A DNA stretch of 64,000 bases from Macrostomum lignano (Eukaryota): positions 62,001 through 126,000 of the forward strand of contig NIVC01002820.1 of NCBI GenBank assembly GCA_002269645.1, written 5' to 3'. Shown in pieces: positions 12,101 through 22,680 of the stretch (the first letter of the stretch is position 1; each line of letters opens with the position of its first letter). The notes beneath the pieces were generated by a model. That model did not search any database. It was given only the letters and a program-made list of their open reading frames with translations, and was not told where the DNA came from. A program made the position numbers and the translations under genes.

Positions 12101-14326
12101 CAACTAATCAACATCAAGTTTTAGGTGAAACTCGGCAAGAAGCCATCGGAATGCCTCCAGCTGCTTTGTGCTTTAACATAGAGATGATGCTATGTCTCAG
12201 GCAAGAGTGTATTAGTGGCACAAGCGATTCCGGGGATGGACGGGAGAGCGTCAAAGATGGTGACAAAGTTCCTCAATGACGATCAGAAGCAGCTGCGATT
12301 GGTCATCGGGACATTGAGACAGTTTTTGGCCAAAAGACTGGTCGCAGAGTTGCGCCATCCACCTTATTCACCGGATATGGCGCCGTGTGATTCCTGGCTC
12401 TTTCCCTAGGTGAAGCAGGTTCTCAAAGGATCCAGATTTGAAGACTTGGATGCCATCAAGGAGAGTGTGACAGGGGTGCTGAGGGGCATCATGAAGGAGG
12501 ACTTCCAGGGCTGCATCAGGAGCTGGCACCAGCAATTGAGGCAATGTGTTGAAAGTGGCGGCAATTACTTTGAAGGGTGCAGTTGACTGAATTTGCATTT
12601 ATTTGTTCAGAAAGTTTTTGTAGCTAAATTCTCGTTACTTTTTGGCCACACCTCGTACATGGATGTGCTAAGTAGGCATGTACTGATAATAATGACTGAA
12701 ATTCATCCGAAATGTTCACTAAGTCCAATTCAAGTTGCTGCAATTGAGATTAAAAATTGTCACACTTTAGTTAAGAAAAAGCTACATTTATGTACAACTC
12801 GACCATATGGAATCTTTAAACACTATTAAAGCAGATTGCAGATCAAATCTAAAACTCACTTGTTCGAAAAACCTCCCAGGTATCGGTCAGTGAGACGCGC
12901 ATCCTGCTGTGCTCATTCTACACCATCTCCCGCCGAGTAGTGCTGAACGCCTACAGCAAGGAGCCGTTCCAGCTGCAGGCGGAGATGCGGCTGGACTTCT
13001 CGCCAATGCGCTACGTGGACTCTGGCGCCGAGATCATCTGGTTCGAGGGTGGGCCGCAGCAGCACCGAGTCAAGATTCGATATGTCACCATCGATCAGGG
13101 TTTTTTCGTTGGTAAGTTAAATTTAAATTACTTGATGATGGTGATTTACAAATGATCCCAGATCGCAGATTTGAAAATGATTAAGCGGCATGTAAAAAAT
13201 GAAATTATAAAAGTGTAGTGAGTCACTAGTATTACTGTTTGGTGTCTCACTCTAGTCAGCAGTTCCCGTTCCCTCGCTCTGAGCTGTCGCCTGCCGCTGG
13301 GGCACAGCTCCCATCTTTTGCTCTCTGTTCCTGTTCCCGCCCCGTTTTTCCCCGTGTTCTGTTTGCAGTGCTGGGCAGCTTGGCCCAGCCTGCTCTTGGT
13401 TCGCGCTCTGTGGCTGTCACCAGTGCTTTGTTAGTGGACTGTCTGTTTTCCCGTCTCAACGTCACTAGTGGCTTCACTAGTGGGCCTTTTCCCCTTTTTC
13501 ATGGGAACTAGTCTGATGACAAGCTCTGGCTCCCTCCGCAGTCCAAAGTACAGTAATTTCAAGAAGGCTTCCGCTTAAAGCAGACGGAGAGCTCAAAACA
13601 CTGTGCTAGCGCAGCCTGAGAAGCACAAGTACTTCAAAAGGACGCTATTGTGACACTGTACTCGGCACATTAACTCTGGACAATGTCAAACCCTAACTTT
13701 TTTTATGCTATATGCAATATGCGATTTGCTACTATATACACATGTACCTGTTTAAAGTGCCGAATCCTAAAAGCGTCTAACCCTACTAATATTTTTAAGC
13801 CGACCAGGAGGACTCCCTCAGTCTACTCGTACCCAGTCGCTTCACGGTGCCATGGCTGGGCTCAGTCTGGCTGTTTGCAAACAGACGAGGCCAACTTCAG
13901 GTGCTGGAGTGCCCGCATTTTAGCGGCGGCGGCTCGGTGGCCTACTTTGGCGGATTCGGACGCGCCGACTGTCAGCTGTGCACCAGTGTAGAGCTGCACA
14001 GGGAGAGCCGGTCGCTGTTCTCGATGGAGATGATTAGAGAGCTCGTTGGTCGCTATGAGGCTGATGAAACTGGCGACTGTCCCGTGTTTATTATTTACCA
14101 CACTTCGGGCACTGCAAAGATTGCTAAGACCAATTCAGGCGCAGATGCTAGCGCCGACTACGGCGAGCCTGTTGTCGATCCTGTGGCAAATTTAGCACCG
14201 AATCCTAGCAGATACAGCACCCTTTCGGCTAGCAGTCGCGTCACCGATCCTGTAGATGGCGCTATATCATCCTGCTCTAGTCCTGGCGGAAAATACACTA
14301 TCAACTCTCAGCGCGATAGTCTGTAG
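9134..14326 (+). CDS. Uncharacterised 4-exon gene, ~435 aa; exons 9134-9377, 9823-10127, 12880-13111, 13800-14326
   Basis: ATG at 9134. Donors A|GTGAGT, CAG|GTTAGT and G|GTAAGT; acceptors GAAG|, CCCAG| and CTAAT...TTTTAAG|. Phases 1/0/1 match at both ends of each intron. Total 1308 nt = 436 codons, stop-free. No family recognised. Confidence 0.68.
9482..9680. other. GC-rich, hairpin-rich intronic island with a (CTTGACTTA)2 terminal repeat; possible SINE or retroelement 3' remnant
   Basis: CTTGACTTA twice at 9482-9499; hairpins GTCCC-TGAAG-GGGAC (9511-9525) and GGCG-CAAA-CGCC inside a longer stem (9529-9555); abrupt GC rise inside an AT-rich intron. Confidence 0.3.
10708..11405 (-). mobile_element. 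Putative LTR-like remnant (U3-like repeats, TATA, PBS-like stub) in intron 2 of the unknown gene
   Basis: On the minus strand it starts TGTCA, carries ~72-bp repeats with TGACGTCA sites, then CTATAAATAG (plus strand 11067-11076), and ends before TGGTGGCAGC (10717-10708), which resembles a tRNA-Leu primer-binding site. No canonical CA end and no TSD found. Confidence 0.42.
11406..11612 (-). repeat. Diverged dispersed repeat, copy A (copy B at ~13236-13470 on +)
   Basis: The reverse complement shares ordered blocks with 13236-13470: TTGGTG..TC(G/T)CACT..GTCAGCAGT..CCCTCGC.CTG..GCTGTC..TGCCGCTGG..CTTTTG..CTGTT..GTTTTCCC. Confidence 0.55.
11621..11894. mobile_element. MITE (~274 bp) with ~26-bp terminal inverted repeats, flanked by TA
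   Basis: Left end CACTCAGCAACATTGAAAAGTCGCCA; reverse complement of the right end TACTCAGCAAAATCGAAAAGTCGCCA. TA at 11619-11620 and 11895-11896. No coding capacity. Confidence 0.75.
11897..12655 (+). mobile_element. Internally deleted mariner (Tc1/mariner, DD34D-type) transposon, 759 bp
   Basis: Perfect 29-bp TIRs CGAGGTGTGGCCAAAAAGTAACGAGAATT with TA on both sides. Transposase relics: N-terminal EQLINIKF*VKLGKKPSECLQLL...DDAMSQARVY*WHKRF and C-terminal LRHPPYSPDMAPCDSWLFP*VKQVLKGSRFED...GNYFEG. Confidence 0.93.
13236..13470 (+). repeat. Diverged dispersed repeat, copy B (inverted relative to 11406-11612)
   Basis: Block-wise similarity to the reverse complement of 11406-11612; pyrimidine-rich on this strand. 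Confidence 0.55.
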
Positions 14327-15409
14327 CTGGATCGATATTTAAGCTACGCAATTATATACATGTAGACCGCACGTGTATTTTCATGCCCATATGGAAGCTT
14401 ATCTTGAAAAATTACGAAAATCAGATTCCATTCCGATGCATGTGTACTACCAGTATTTGAAATGGATTGATGATTCTATTGCCATTGGCGGAACTTGATC
14501 TGCGTGATGAATGTACCTAAATGATTATTTACATGTACCAATTAATCCAAAACTGCTCATGGAGTTTGATTGTTACATGTATAGCTCAAAGTATATTGTT
14601 GAATAAATTCAGAATGTTAACCATAGTTTATGATATCATAAACAAAAAAATGTTGTGCTTACACTAAGTACATTCACATGTGTGCACAATTTTCTCTGTT
14701 GGGAACCGATATGGTGCTGTAAAATACAAAATCTGTGTAAAAGGCGTGTAAGTATGTTGCCGCATATTGTACGTGTATTTGCAGATGCACATTTACTTGC
14801 TACTGCAACACCAATTGAACTTACCAGCTAGCTTTCAAGCCATATTGTAGACAAGTGCAACTTAATTTTACGGCTACGGCCTACCCTGCGAATTCTCACC
14901 GAACCTAGCTGTCACTCATCAGCGATCCAGCTTCATTTTTATGCATATATACCCGATGTATGCATATACATGGATACATATACACATATATACACAGAAT
15001 GCCATATATACATGTTGGCGCGGGGTTGACTTACTTGTGAAATGTTATTGTCTTTACTGTCAGTAGACTACGTAAATGTATCCTTTTTTTGTATAACTTC
15101 TGTGTATATTCTAGAATCGGTTTTTATATGTCGGCAAGTGATAAATTTCCAGCCAATCAATAATGTTGCCCATGCAGCTTCCACGTAACTTTCAGCCAAT
15201 CTGTCGCTGCTAACATTTATAACGTTTTGATCTACGAGTATTATTAATAACACATTTTTTCGTCGCTACTCTGAAAAACGTGGCCAACTCAGCAATTGAG
15301 CGCAAGCTGAATACATCGCTTTCTTGGACTACATGCATTCTGTTCTGTTCGTTCTTGAGTACCAAGGTCTGCTACGCTGCGCTAGATTTACTTCGTCATA
15401 CATCATGTC

Positions 15410-16130
15410 AGATGTTCCTGTCCTCGTCCGTTGAAGGCGCCCAGCGCCAGATCAACAGGCTGGTCGAGGTGGCATCGAGCGTTGGTCTGATCGTCAACAC
15501 GGTAAAGACCGAGGTGCTGACTGTGCCGGCCGACATCCCAGCAGACACCTGACGTGCCGCGGCGCATAAGGGCAGACGACCAAGCTCGCACGCTGCCAGC
15601 GGTTCACCTACTTCGGCGGTCTGGTGCCCCACGTGAAAGAGGACCTCCGGCGGCGCAGAGGACTTGCCTGGGCCGCCTTTCGTTCGACCCGAGCCGTCCT
15701 CCGGCCCCCAGTCCGAAGCGCATACCCGACCGCGAGAGGGCTCGGCTAGCTGTGGCAGGCGGTGGTCGAAACCGTCCTGCTATACAACGCCGAGACGTGG
15801 GCGCTGACGGCTACGCTTGAGCGGCAGCTGGACTCGGCGCACTCAGGGCTGCTCCGTGCGGCCTTTCGAGTGACGAGAGCGTCGGGACCGAGGTCCTGTA
15901 CGATTGGGCCAAGATGCAGCGCCCGTCCACCATCCTACGCCGGCGGCGACTTCAACTGGCGGGCCACGTAATCCTGCTCACCTTACAGGGTCCGTTCAGG
16001 CGGGGTCAGGCCCGAACCCGTCGATACGTGGACTGCCTGCTGTGCGACGCTGGGGCGCCCGATACTGCCAACGGAGCGGACTTTGTTCGCTCCCAGGCTC
16101 TGCGGCGTGCCATCTGACGCGCCCTGCTCT
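15410..16130 (+). mobile_element. 5'-truncated, frameshifted RTE-type non-LTR retrotransposon (RT C-terminal half)
   Basis: Fragments across frames: LSSSVEGAQRQINRLVEVASSVGLIVNTVKTEVL, CQRFTYFGG, EDLRRRRGLAWAAF, VETVLLYNAETWALT, LRRRRLQLAGHV. This is the motif order typical of RTE-clade RT C-termini. Confidence 0.85.
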
Positions 16131-16620
16131 AACTGTGACCTCTGCTTGCAGGGCCGCGTATCAATTGATGTTGTTGTTATGCCAGATGTGCAGATATTTT
16201 AAATCTAGTTATTTCACACTTGAACAGCATCATTAATTTATTAGTATGATATTTTTATCATTGAGAAATGTAGGAGAAATACAACCGATGCATAAAGTGA
16301 AATTTATAACCCTTAAAACCTTTTGATTTTTGTTTTAAAAATTCCAGTTCTAACAAGCTATTTTCAAAGTTCCTATCGTGCAATTCGTTTTTTCCAGGAA
16401 AGTATACGATCGAATGTGTCCGGTCCTTCATTTCAGTTTCTAGTTTTGTCCTAGGCTTATTTAATTTTTATTGGCCTTGTCTTGCTTTCAGTCCATCTAT
16501 CTAGTTTTTGATTTTAGGCCTATTGTAACGCAGGCGACACAGCTAGTCTACTCTTCCGTTAAATAGACGGTAAAACTTGATAGGCCATAGGGCGCCGGGC
16601 GGTAGGCCTATTGTCAGTAT

Positions 16621-16880
16621 CAGTGGCGGATCTAGAGTTTCATTTTGGGGGCGGATGCGGTCTAAGTTTGGGGCGCCAACACAAGTATAAGGGGCGCCAA
16701 TTTTTAAGCTAGGGGTGCAAAAACTGCGTATAGATGGGGGCGAAAAATCAAGCTTAGGGGCGCCAAAAATGCGTGTAGGGCCGTAGGGGCGAAAAGTCAA
16801 GCTTAGGGGCGCAAAAAAGGTGTTTGGGGCGAAAAATCTAGTTTAGGAGGCGCAAACTTAGGTTTTTGGGAGGCGCAATA
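16621..16880 (+). mobile_element. Probable single end of a non-autonomous DNA transposon with subterminal GGGGCG repeats
   Basis: Starts CAGTGGCGGATCTAG and is followed by about 8 spaced GGGGCG(C/A) motifs. No matching opposite terminus seen. Confidence 0.45.
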
Positions 16881-17409
16881 TGTTCTGTCAAGCAATATGA
16901 TCTAGGACCAAATGTTGTGGCAGCGACATGGATGTAGGGCTAAGGGGCAAACTCGTGTTATTCACTTGCTTTATGTCAATTTTTACTTGATAGTAATACT
17001 AGGTTAAATAGAATGCATTATGCACACAGCTTGACTAGTATATAGGTTGGCCCCTTTTTAAACTTTGGGCCTTTGGCCTTTATTAGGCCTGCCCTAGCTA
17101 TAGGGCTTAGTCAATGAGACAAGTTGGACAACAACTAGTATATAGGCCCTAGTAGGCCTAGTGCATTGCACTGTGTAGTGCATATTATTTCTCTTATAAA
17201 TAGGGGCCTAATATGGCTAATAAGTGAATAAATTTCTATTTGTTTATTCTTTCTCTAGTAGTTTGGTTTAATATTTTAGTTTTACAATTATAAGTTTACA
17301 TGTATAGTTCATAGTACATTTCTGCTGCCCTACATTCACATTTTACTTAAAAGTTAGTAGAATCCATAGTTTATTCTACAATTTACTAGGCCTGCCCTAC
17401 TCTATTATA

Positions 17410-18110
17410 GATTCTATATTTTATTGTGCTATTCTATTCACATTCCACTATAGATTCTGCATTTTACTATGTTAGGCCTAGCCTATTCTATTCCAATTCT
17501 ACTATAGATTCTGCATTTTACTATGTTAGGCCTAGCTTATTCTATGTCAATTCTACTATAGATTCTGCATTTTACTATGTTAGGCCTAGCTTATTCTATC
17601 TCAATTCTACTATAGATTCTGCATTTTACTATGTTAGGCCTAGTCTATTCTATTCCAATTCTACTATAGATTCTGCATTTTACTATGTTAGGCCTAGCTT
17701 ATTCTATCTCAATTCTACTGTAGATTCTGCATTTTACTATGTTAGGCCTAGTCTATTCTATTCCAATTCTACTATAGATTCTGCATTTTACTATGTTAGG
17801 CCTAGTCTATTCTATTCCAATTCTACTATAGATTCTGCATTTTACTATGTTAGGCCTAGCTTATTCTATCTCAATTCTACTGTAGATTCTGCATTTTACT
17901 ATGTTAGGCCTAGCTTATTCTATCTCAATTCTACTGTAGATTCTGCATTTTACTATGTTAGGCCTAGCTTATTCTATCTCAATTCTACTGTAGATTCTGC
18001 ATTTTACTATGTTAGGCCTAGCTTATTCTATCTCAATTCTACTGTAGATTCTGCATTTTACTATGTTAGGCTTAGCCTATTCTATTCCAATTCTACTGTA
18101 GATTCTGCAA
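17410..18110. repeat. 54-bp minisatellite, ~12-13 copies
   Basis: Unit AATTCTACT(A/G)TAGATTCTGCATTTTACTATGTTAGGCCTAG(C/T)(T/C)TATTCTAT(CT/TC)C; produces the spurious 18-aa-periodic ORF 17426-18121. Confidence 0.95.
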
Positions 18111-18874
18111 CTTTGTACTAGTTATACAAATTTTTCTTTTGACTACAAATGCAACCTCTTGCAATTTACCAAAAGAAGATAAGTTTTTTAATAAAATTTA
18201 TGATTTTTTTGAAAGATTTATCAATTTTTACAATTTACCTTTGGTTTTCTATAATGTATATTAGTTAGGTTGGCAAGGTTAGCTAGTATGCCTAATTGTA
18301 GTTGTATATATATAAAAAGGCCTTTCTTTTAACAAAAAATTGTTAAGTAGGTAAAAAGCTAGTGGTTTTTTTATAACTCATAGTCTTAGTTTACTACTAG
18401 TTTGTTTAATATCAAAAATTTCTTGATGACAAATCTTAGCATTAGTAGGTAATAAAAAATTCTAAAGGCTTTTTGGGTAGATATTAGTAGGCCTACTATT
18501 ATACAGAAAATAAGACAGAACCTCCTAATCAAGTCTAATCAAGCCTAATCCTAATCAAGAATCCATTTATAATTGCAAATGATGATCTAATAGAGAAATA
18601 AATCTTTTTTCAGCTTGGTTATCAGATATATAGCCAATATGGGCATGTGGCACCTTCAAAAATATGTCCAACTTTTTAGTCTAGGCTAGAATGAGTAAAG
18701 GTTATGTCAATGTCTTATTATATTATCACTTAATATAATTTTCTGACAAATCTATTGGTTTTCTATAGGTTATTTCCAGTTAGCTTTCAATAGCTATTTT
18801 CAAGCTTGTCATGCTCAAACTACTTTTTATTTGACTAATATTTACAAATCGAATTCCAGTGTTCAACATCAACC

Positions 18875-21800
18875 ATGGATGATGCAGAGACAGAGAGAGT
18901 GCAAGTTTCCTTTGTGACTAAGGATTCTAAGTGAGTTTCATTCTGGTGTCTATCATAAAAATAAGTCTAACTGTACTGTACTAAAACAGAGTCGAAATGC
19001 TACTTGTTTACATGCTTTTAGATTTTCTGTTAGCAACTATCCGATCTATGTTCAACTGGACAGCGGCAGGGGGACCTCAGTGACATGGTTAAGAGTCTTC
19101 TGGCCTCAGATCATGGTGAGTCCTGATTGCACGGTGGTTTTTACTGCATTTCCAGTCTCCATCCCTCGTCAACAACTTCCCAGTCTCCGTCCCTCATCAA
19201 CTACTTCCCAGTCTCCGTCCCTCGTCAACAACTTCCCAGTCTCCGTCCCTCATCAACTACTTCCCAGTCTCCATCCCTCCAACTACTTCCCAGTCTCCAT
19301 CCCTCATCAACACTTTCCTGTCTCCGACCCTCATCAACACTTCCCAGTCTCCGTCCCTCATCAACTACTTCCCAGTCTCCGTCCCTCATCAACTACTTCC
19401 CAGTCTCCGTCCCTCATCAACTACTTCCCAGTCTCCATCCCTCATCAACACTTTCCAGTCTCCGACCCTCATCAACAACTTTCCAGTCTCCGTCCCTCAT
19501 CAACTACTTCCCAGTCTCCGTCCCTCATCAACACTTTCCAGTCTCCGACCCTCATCAACAATTTTCCAGTCTCCGTCCCTCATCAACAACTTTCCAGTCT
19601 CCGACCCTCATCAACTACTTCCCAGTCTCCGTCCCTCATCAACAACTTCCCAGTCTCCGTCCCTCATCAACTACTTCCCAGTCTCCGTCCCTCATCAACT
19701 ACTTCCCAGTCTCCATCCCTCATCAACACTTTCCAGTCTCCGACCCTCATCAACAACTTTCCAGTCTCCGTCCCTCATCAACTACTTCCCAGTCTCCGAC
19801 CCTCATCAACAACTTTCCAGTCTCCGTCCCTCATCAACTACTTCCCAGTCTGCGTCCCTCATCAACACTTTCCAGTCTCCGACCCTCATTAACACTTTCC
19901 AGTCTCCGACCCTCATCAACTACTTCCCAGTCTCCATCCCTCATCAACACTTTCCAGTCTCCGTCCCTCACCAACTTCTCCCCAGCCTCCACTCTCCATC
20001 CCTCATCAACACTTTCCAGTCTCCGACCCCCATCAACACTTTCCAGTCTCCGACCCTCATCAACAACTTCTCAATCTTCGTCCCTCATCAACTACTTCGC
20101 AATCTTCATCCCTCACCAAATTTTCCCGTCCCAATGCCTCATCAACAATTTCCTGTCGTCATTCTCGATCAAAACCACCCAGTTCCCATTCATTTGCTAG
20201 CAGTAATCCTCTCGGATCCCCTTCCTCTTGAATCTCGCAGCCTCCGAGGACGCAAACTCCGGTCCGACGCCAGCTGAGTTCGAATTTCTGGTGCAGGACG
20301 AGCTGCTGGTCGGCAGTCTTCGCCAGCTGGTCGAGGACCGCGGCCTGGCCATGGACGCCGTTCTTCGCGCCGAATATTTCCCCCGGCGCTCTGCTCCGGC
20401 GCCGTATGCCGAGCTGGCGCTGGGCAATCTGGTCAGCTGCGTGCGCGCCCGCGGCCGGCACCTCCTAGTCGGTTGCTATGACTACAGCGTAGCCATTGGC
20501 GACATTGACGGTGGCACCGAGCTCAGCCTGAAGCTGCCCGACGCTCACGAGAAAGAAGTGAAAGCCGTCGATTGGCTGACTACGACGACCGATGGTCAAG
20601 GCGACGCCGACAGTAGCTGCGAGTTTGTGTCGGCCGGGCACGACCAGGACTGCCGGATCTGGCGCTGGGAGGCCGGCGCTGCTCGCTGCCTGGCCGTGTG
20701 CAAGGGCCACGCATCCTCCGTGCTCTGCGCGGCCGGCAGTCCCGGCCCGGCGTTCGGCCATTTCGCATCCGGCAGCTTCGACGGCCAGGTGAAACTTTGG
20801 CGCTCCAGCGACGAGGGCACGGCGGCTGAGACAGGTGCGCTTTTGTGTGAACTTCTCTTTGCTTTGAGGTCTGCCCACCACCTGGATTATCTGATCCCAG
20901 TTGCTGTACCCCCCTCGGATCTTCAGTTGCTGGGCCACCTGTCATACTCTCGGATCCTCAGCTGCTGAGCCAGCCTTCCAGATCCTCAGCTGCTGGGCCA
21001 GCCTCTCAGATCCTCAGTTGCCGGGCCAGCCTCCCAGATCCTCAGCCTCAGTTGCCGGGCCAGCCTCCCAGATCCTCAGCCTCAGTTGCCGGGCCAGCCT
21101 CCCAGATCCTCAGCCTCAGTTGCCGGGCCAGCCTCCCAGATCCTCAGCCTCAGTTGCCGGGCCAGCCTCCCAGATCCTCAGCCTCAGTTGCCGGGCCAGC
21201 CTCCCAGATCCTCAGCCTCAGTTGCCGGGCCAGCCTCCCAGATCCTCAGCCTCAGTTGCCGGGCCAGCCTCCCAGATCCTCAGCCTCAGTTGCCGGGCCA
21301 GCCTCCCAGATCCTCAGCCTCAGTTGCCGGGCCAGCCTCCCAGATCCTCAGCATCAGTTGCCGGGCCAGCCTCCCAGATCCTCAGCCTCAGTTGCCGGGC
21401 CAGCCTCCCAGATTCTCAGTTGCTGGGCCAGCCTCCCAGATCCTCAGTTGCTGGACCAGCCTCCCAGAGTGTCAGTTGCTGGGCCAGCCTCCCAGATCCT
21501 CAGTTGCTGGGCCAGCCTCCCAGAGTGTCAGTTGCTGGGCCAGCCTCCCAGAGTGTCAGTTGCTGGACCAGCCTCCCAGATCCTGAGTTGCTGGGCCAGC
21601 CTCCCAGAGTGTCAGTTGCTGGGCCAGCCTCCCAGATCCTCAGTTGCTGGGCCAGCCTCCCAGAGTGTCAGTTGCTGGGCCAGCCTCCCAGAGTGTCAGT
21701 TGCTGGACCAGCCTCCCAGATCCTGAGTTGCTGGGCCAGCCTCCCAGAGTGTCAGTTGCTGGACCAGCCTCCCAGATCCTCAGTTGCTGGGATATTATTA

Positions 21801-22390
21801 GCGCTCACTAACAGTCGCTCTCCTCTCACCGACCAGGCGGCATCAGCCACCAGAGCAAGCACTCCGTCCCCAGCCGAGTGCCGTTGCGCACCCTGGCTGG
21901 GCATCGCGACGCTGTCCACGCCGTGGCCTACGCCGGCGCCAATCAGCTGTTCTCCGGCGGAGCCGACTGCAGCACCCGCCTGTGGGACGTGGAGGTTGGC
22001 GCCGAGTCCGCCCTGCTTAGGGCGCCGAGCGCGGTGCTCAGCCTGCACAGCCGGCCGGACGGCCGCGCCCTGCTAGCCGGTTGCGCGGGTCCGCAGCCCC
22101 GACTGTACGATCCCAGGAGCTCCGGGGACACCCTGATCGCGTGCTTCAACGCCCACGACACCTGGGTGTGCGGGGTGCGCTGGTGCCCCCAGCCCGGCAG
22201 TCAGCTGTTCGCCAGCTGCGGCTGCGACACCGTCGTTAAACTTTGGGACCTGCGCTGCACGAAAGCGCCGCTGTACGAACTGAGGGACCACAGCGGCATC
22301 GTCACCAGCGTTGACTGGTCGGAGACCGGCCACGTAGTGTCCGGCAGCGCGGACTGCACAGTGAAGATCTTCAAAGCTGATTTGGTCTGA
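18875..22390 (+). CDS. WDR12: Ribosome biogenesis protein WDR12/Ytm1 (NLE/UBL domain + WD40); exons 18875-18930, 19022-19115, 20241-20834, 21837-22390; ~432 aa; 1-nt deletion in the G5 run at ~19069-19073
   Basis: VQVSFVTK; DLSDMVKSLL (after restoring one G); EFEFLVQDELL...LRAEY; LLVGCYD; CKGHASSV; FASGSFDGQVKLW; RVPLRTLAGH; RLYDPRS; VVKLWDLRCTKAPLYEL; VTSVDWSETG..VSGSAD. These follow the motif order of human WDR12. Intron phases 2/1/1 are consistent. Confidence 0.92.
19148..20170. repeat. ~27-28-bp C-rich minisatellite filling WDR12 intron 2
   Basis: Unit TT(C/T)CCAGTCTCC(G/A)(T/A)CCCTCATCAAC(TA/AA/A)C, ~35 copies, decaying at the 3' end; lies between donor 19116 and acceptor 20240. Confidence 0.95.
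20905..21790. repeat. 28/34-bp minisatellite filling WDR12 intron 3
   Basis: 34-bp unit GCCGGGCCAGCCTCCCAGATCCTCAGCCTCAGTT, followed by 28-bp units GCTGG(G/A)CCAGCCTCCCAGA(TCC/GTG)TCAGTT; lies between donor 20835 and acceptor 21836. Confidence 0.95.
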
Positions 22391-22680
22391 CCAGTCGTGT
22401 TTTATTTGAAAGTTTTCCGCACTGACGAAGGTTTTCCTGTCCTCCCTCCGGTTCAGTTTTTTTGCAATCCGTTTTTTATCTTCGCCTTGTTCTCTGTGCA
22501 TTTCAGTCGCTAGATATACTACTACTGTTAGCGAGTTGTCAGTAGTATAGTAAGAAAATACAAGCTGTCTACCTTTTTGGCCGTTATTGGGCCTTTTTGG
22601 ATTGAAAAACAGAAATATTGGCGAATCGGTTCTATTGAACTTTTTTACTTCTGGTTTGCTGTAGTCACTTTACAGCCTTA

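Noticed and set aside
17426-18121. 231-aa ORF with an 18-aa repeat
   Set aside because: It is a translation of the 54-bp minisatellite, with no ATG start and no splice context.
19080-21790. Long Ser/Pro-rich ORFs (19080-19892, 19127-20200, 20901-22076, 21052-21726, 21086-21586)
   Set aside because: They are read-throughs of intronic minisatellites inside WDR12, open in several frames because C-rich units lack stops.
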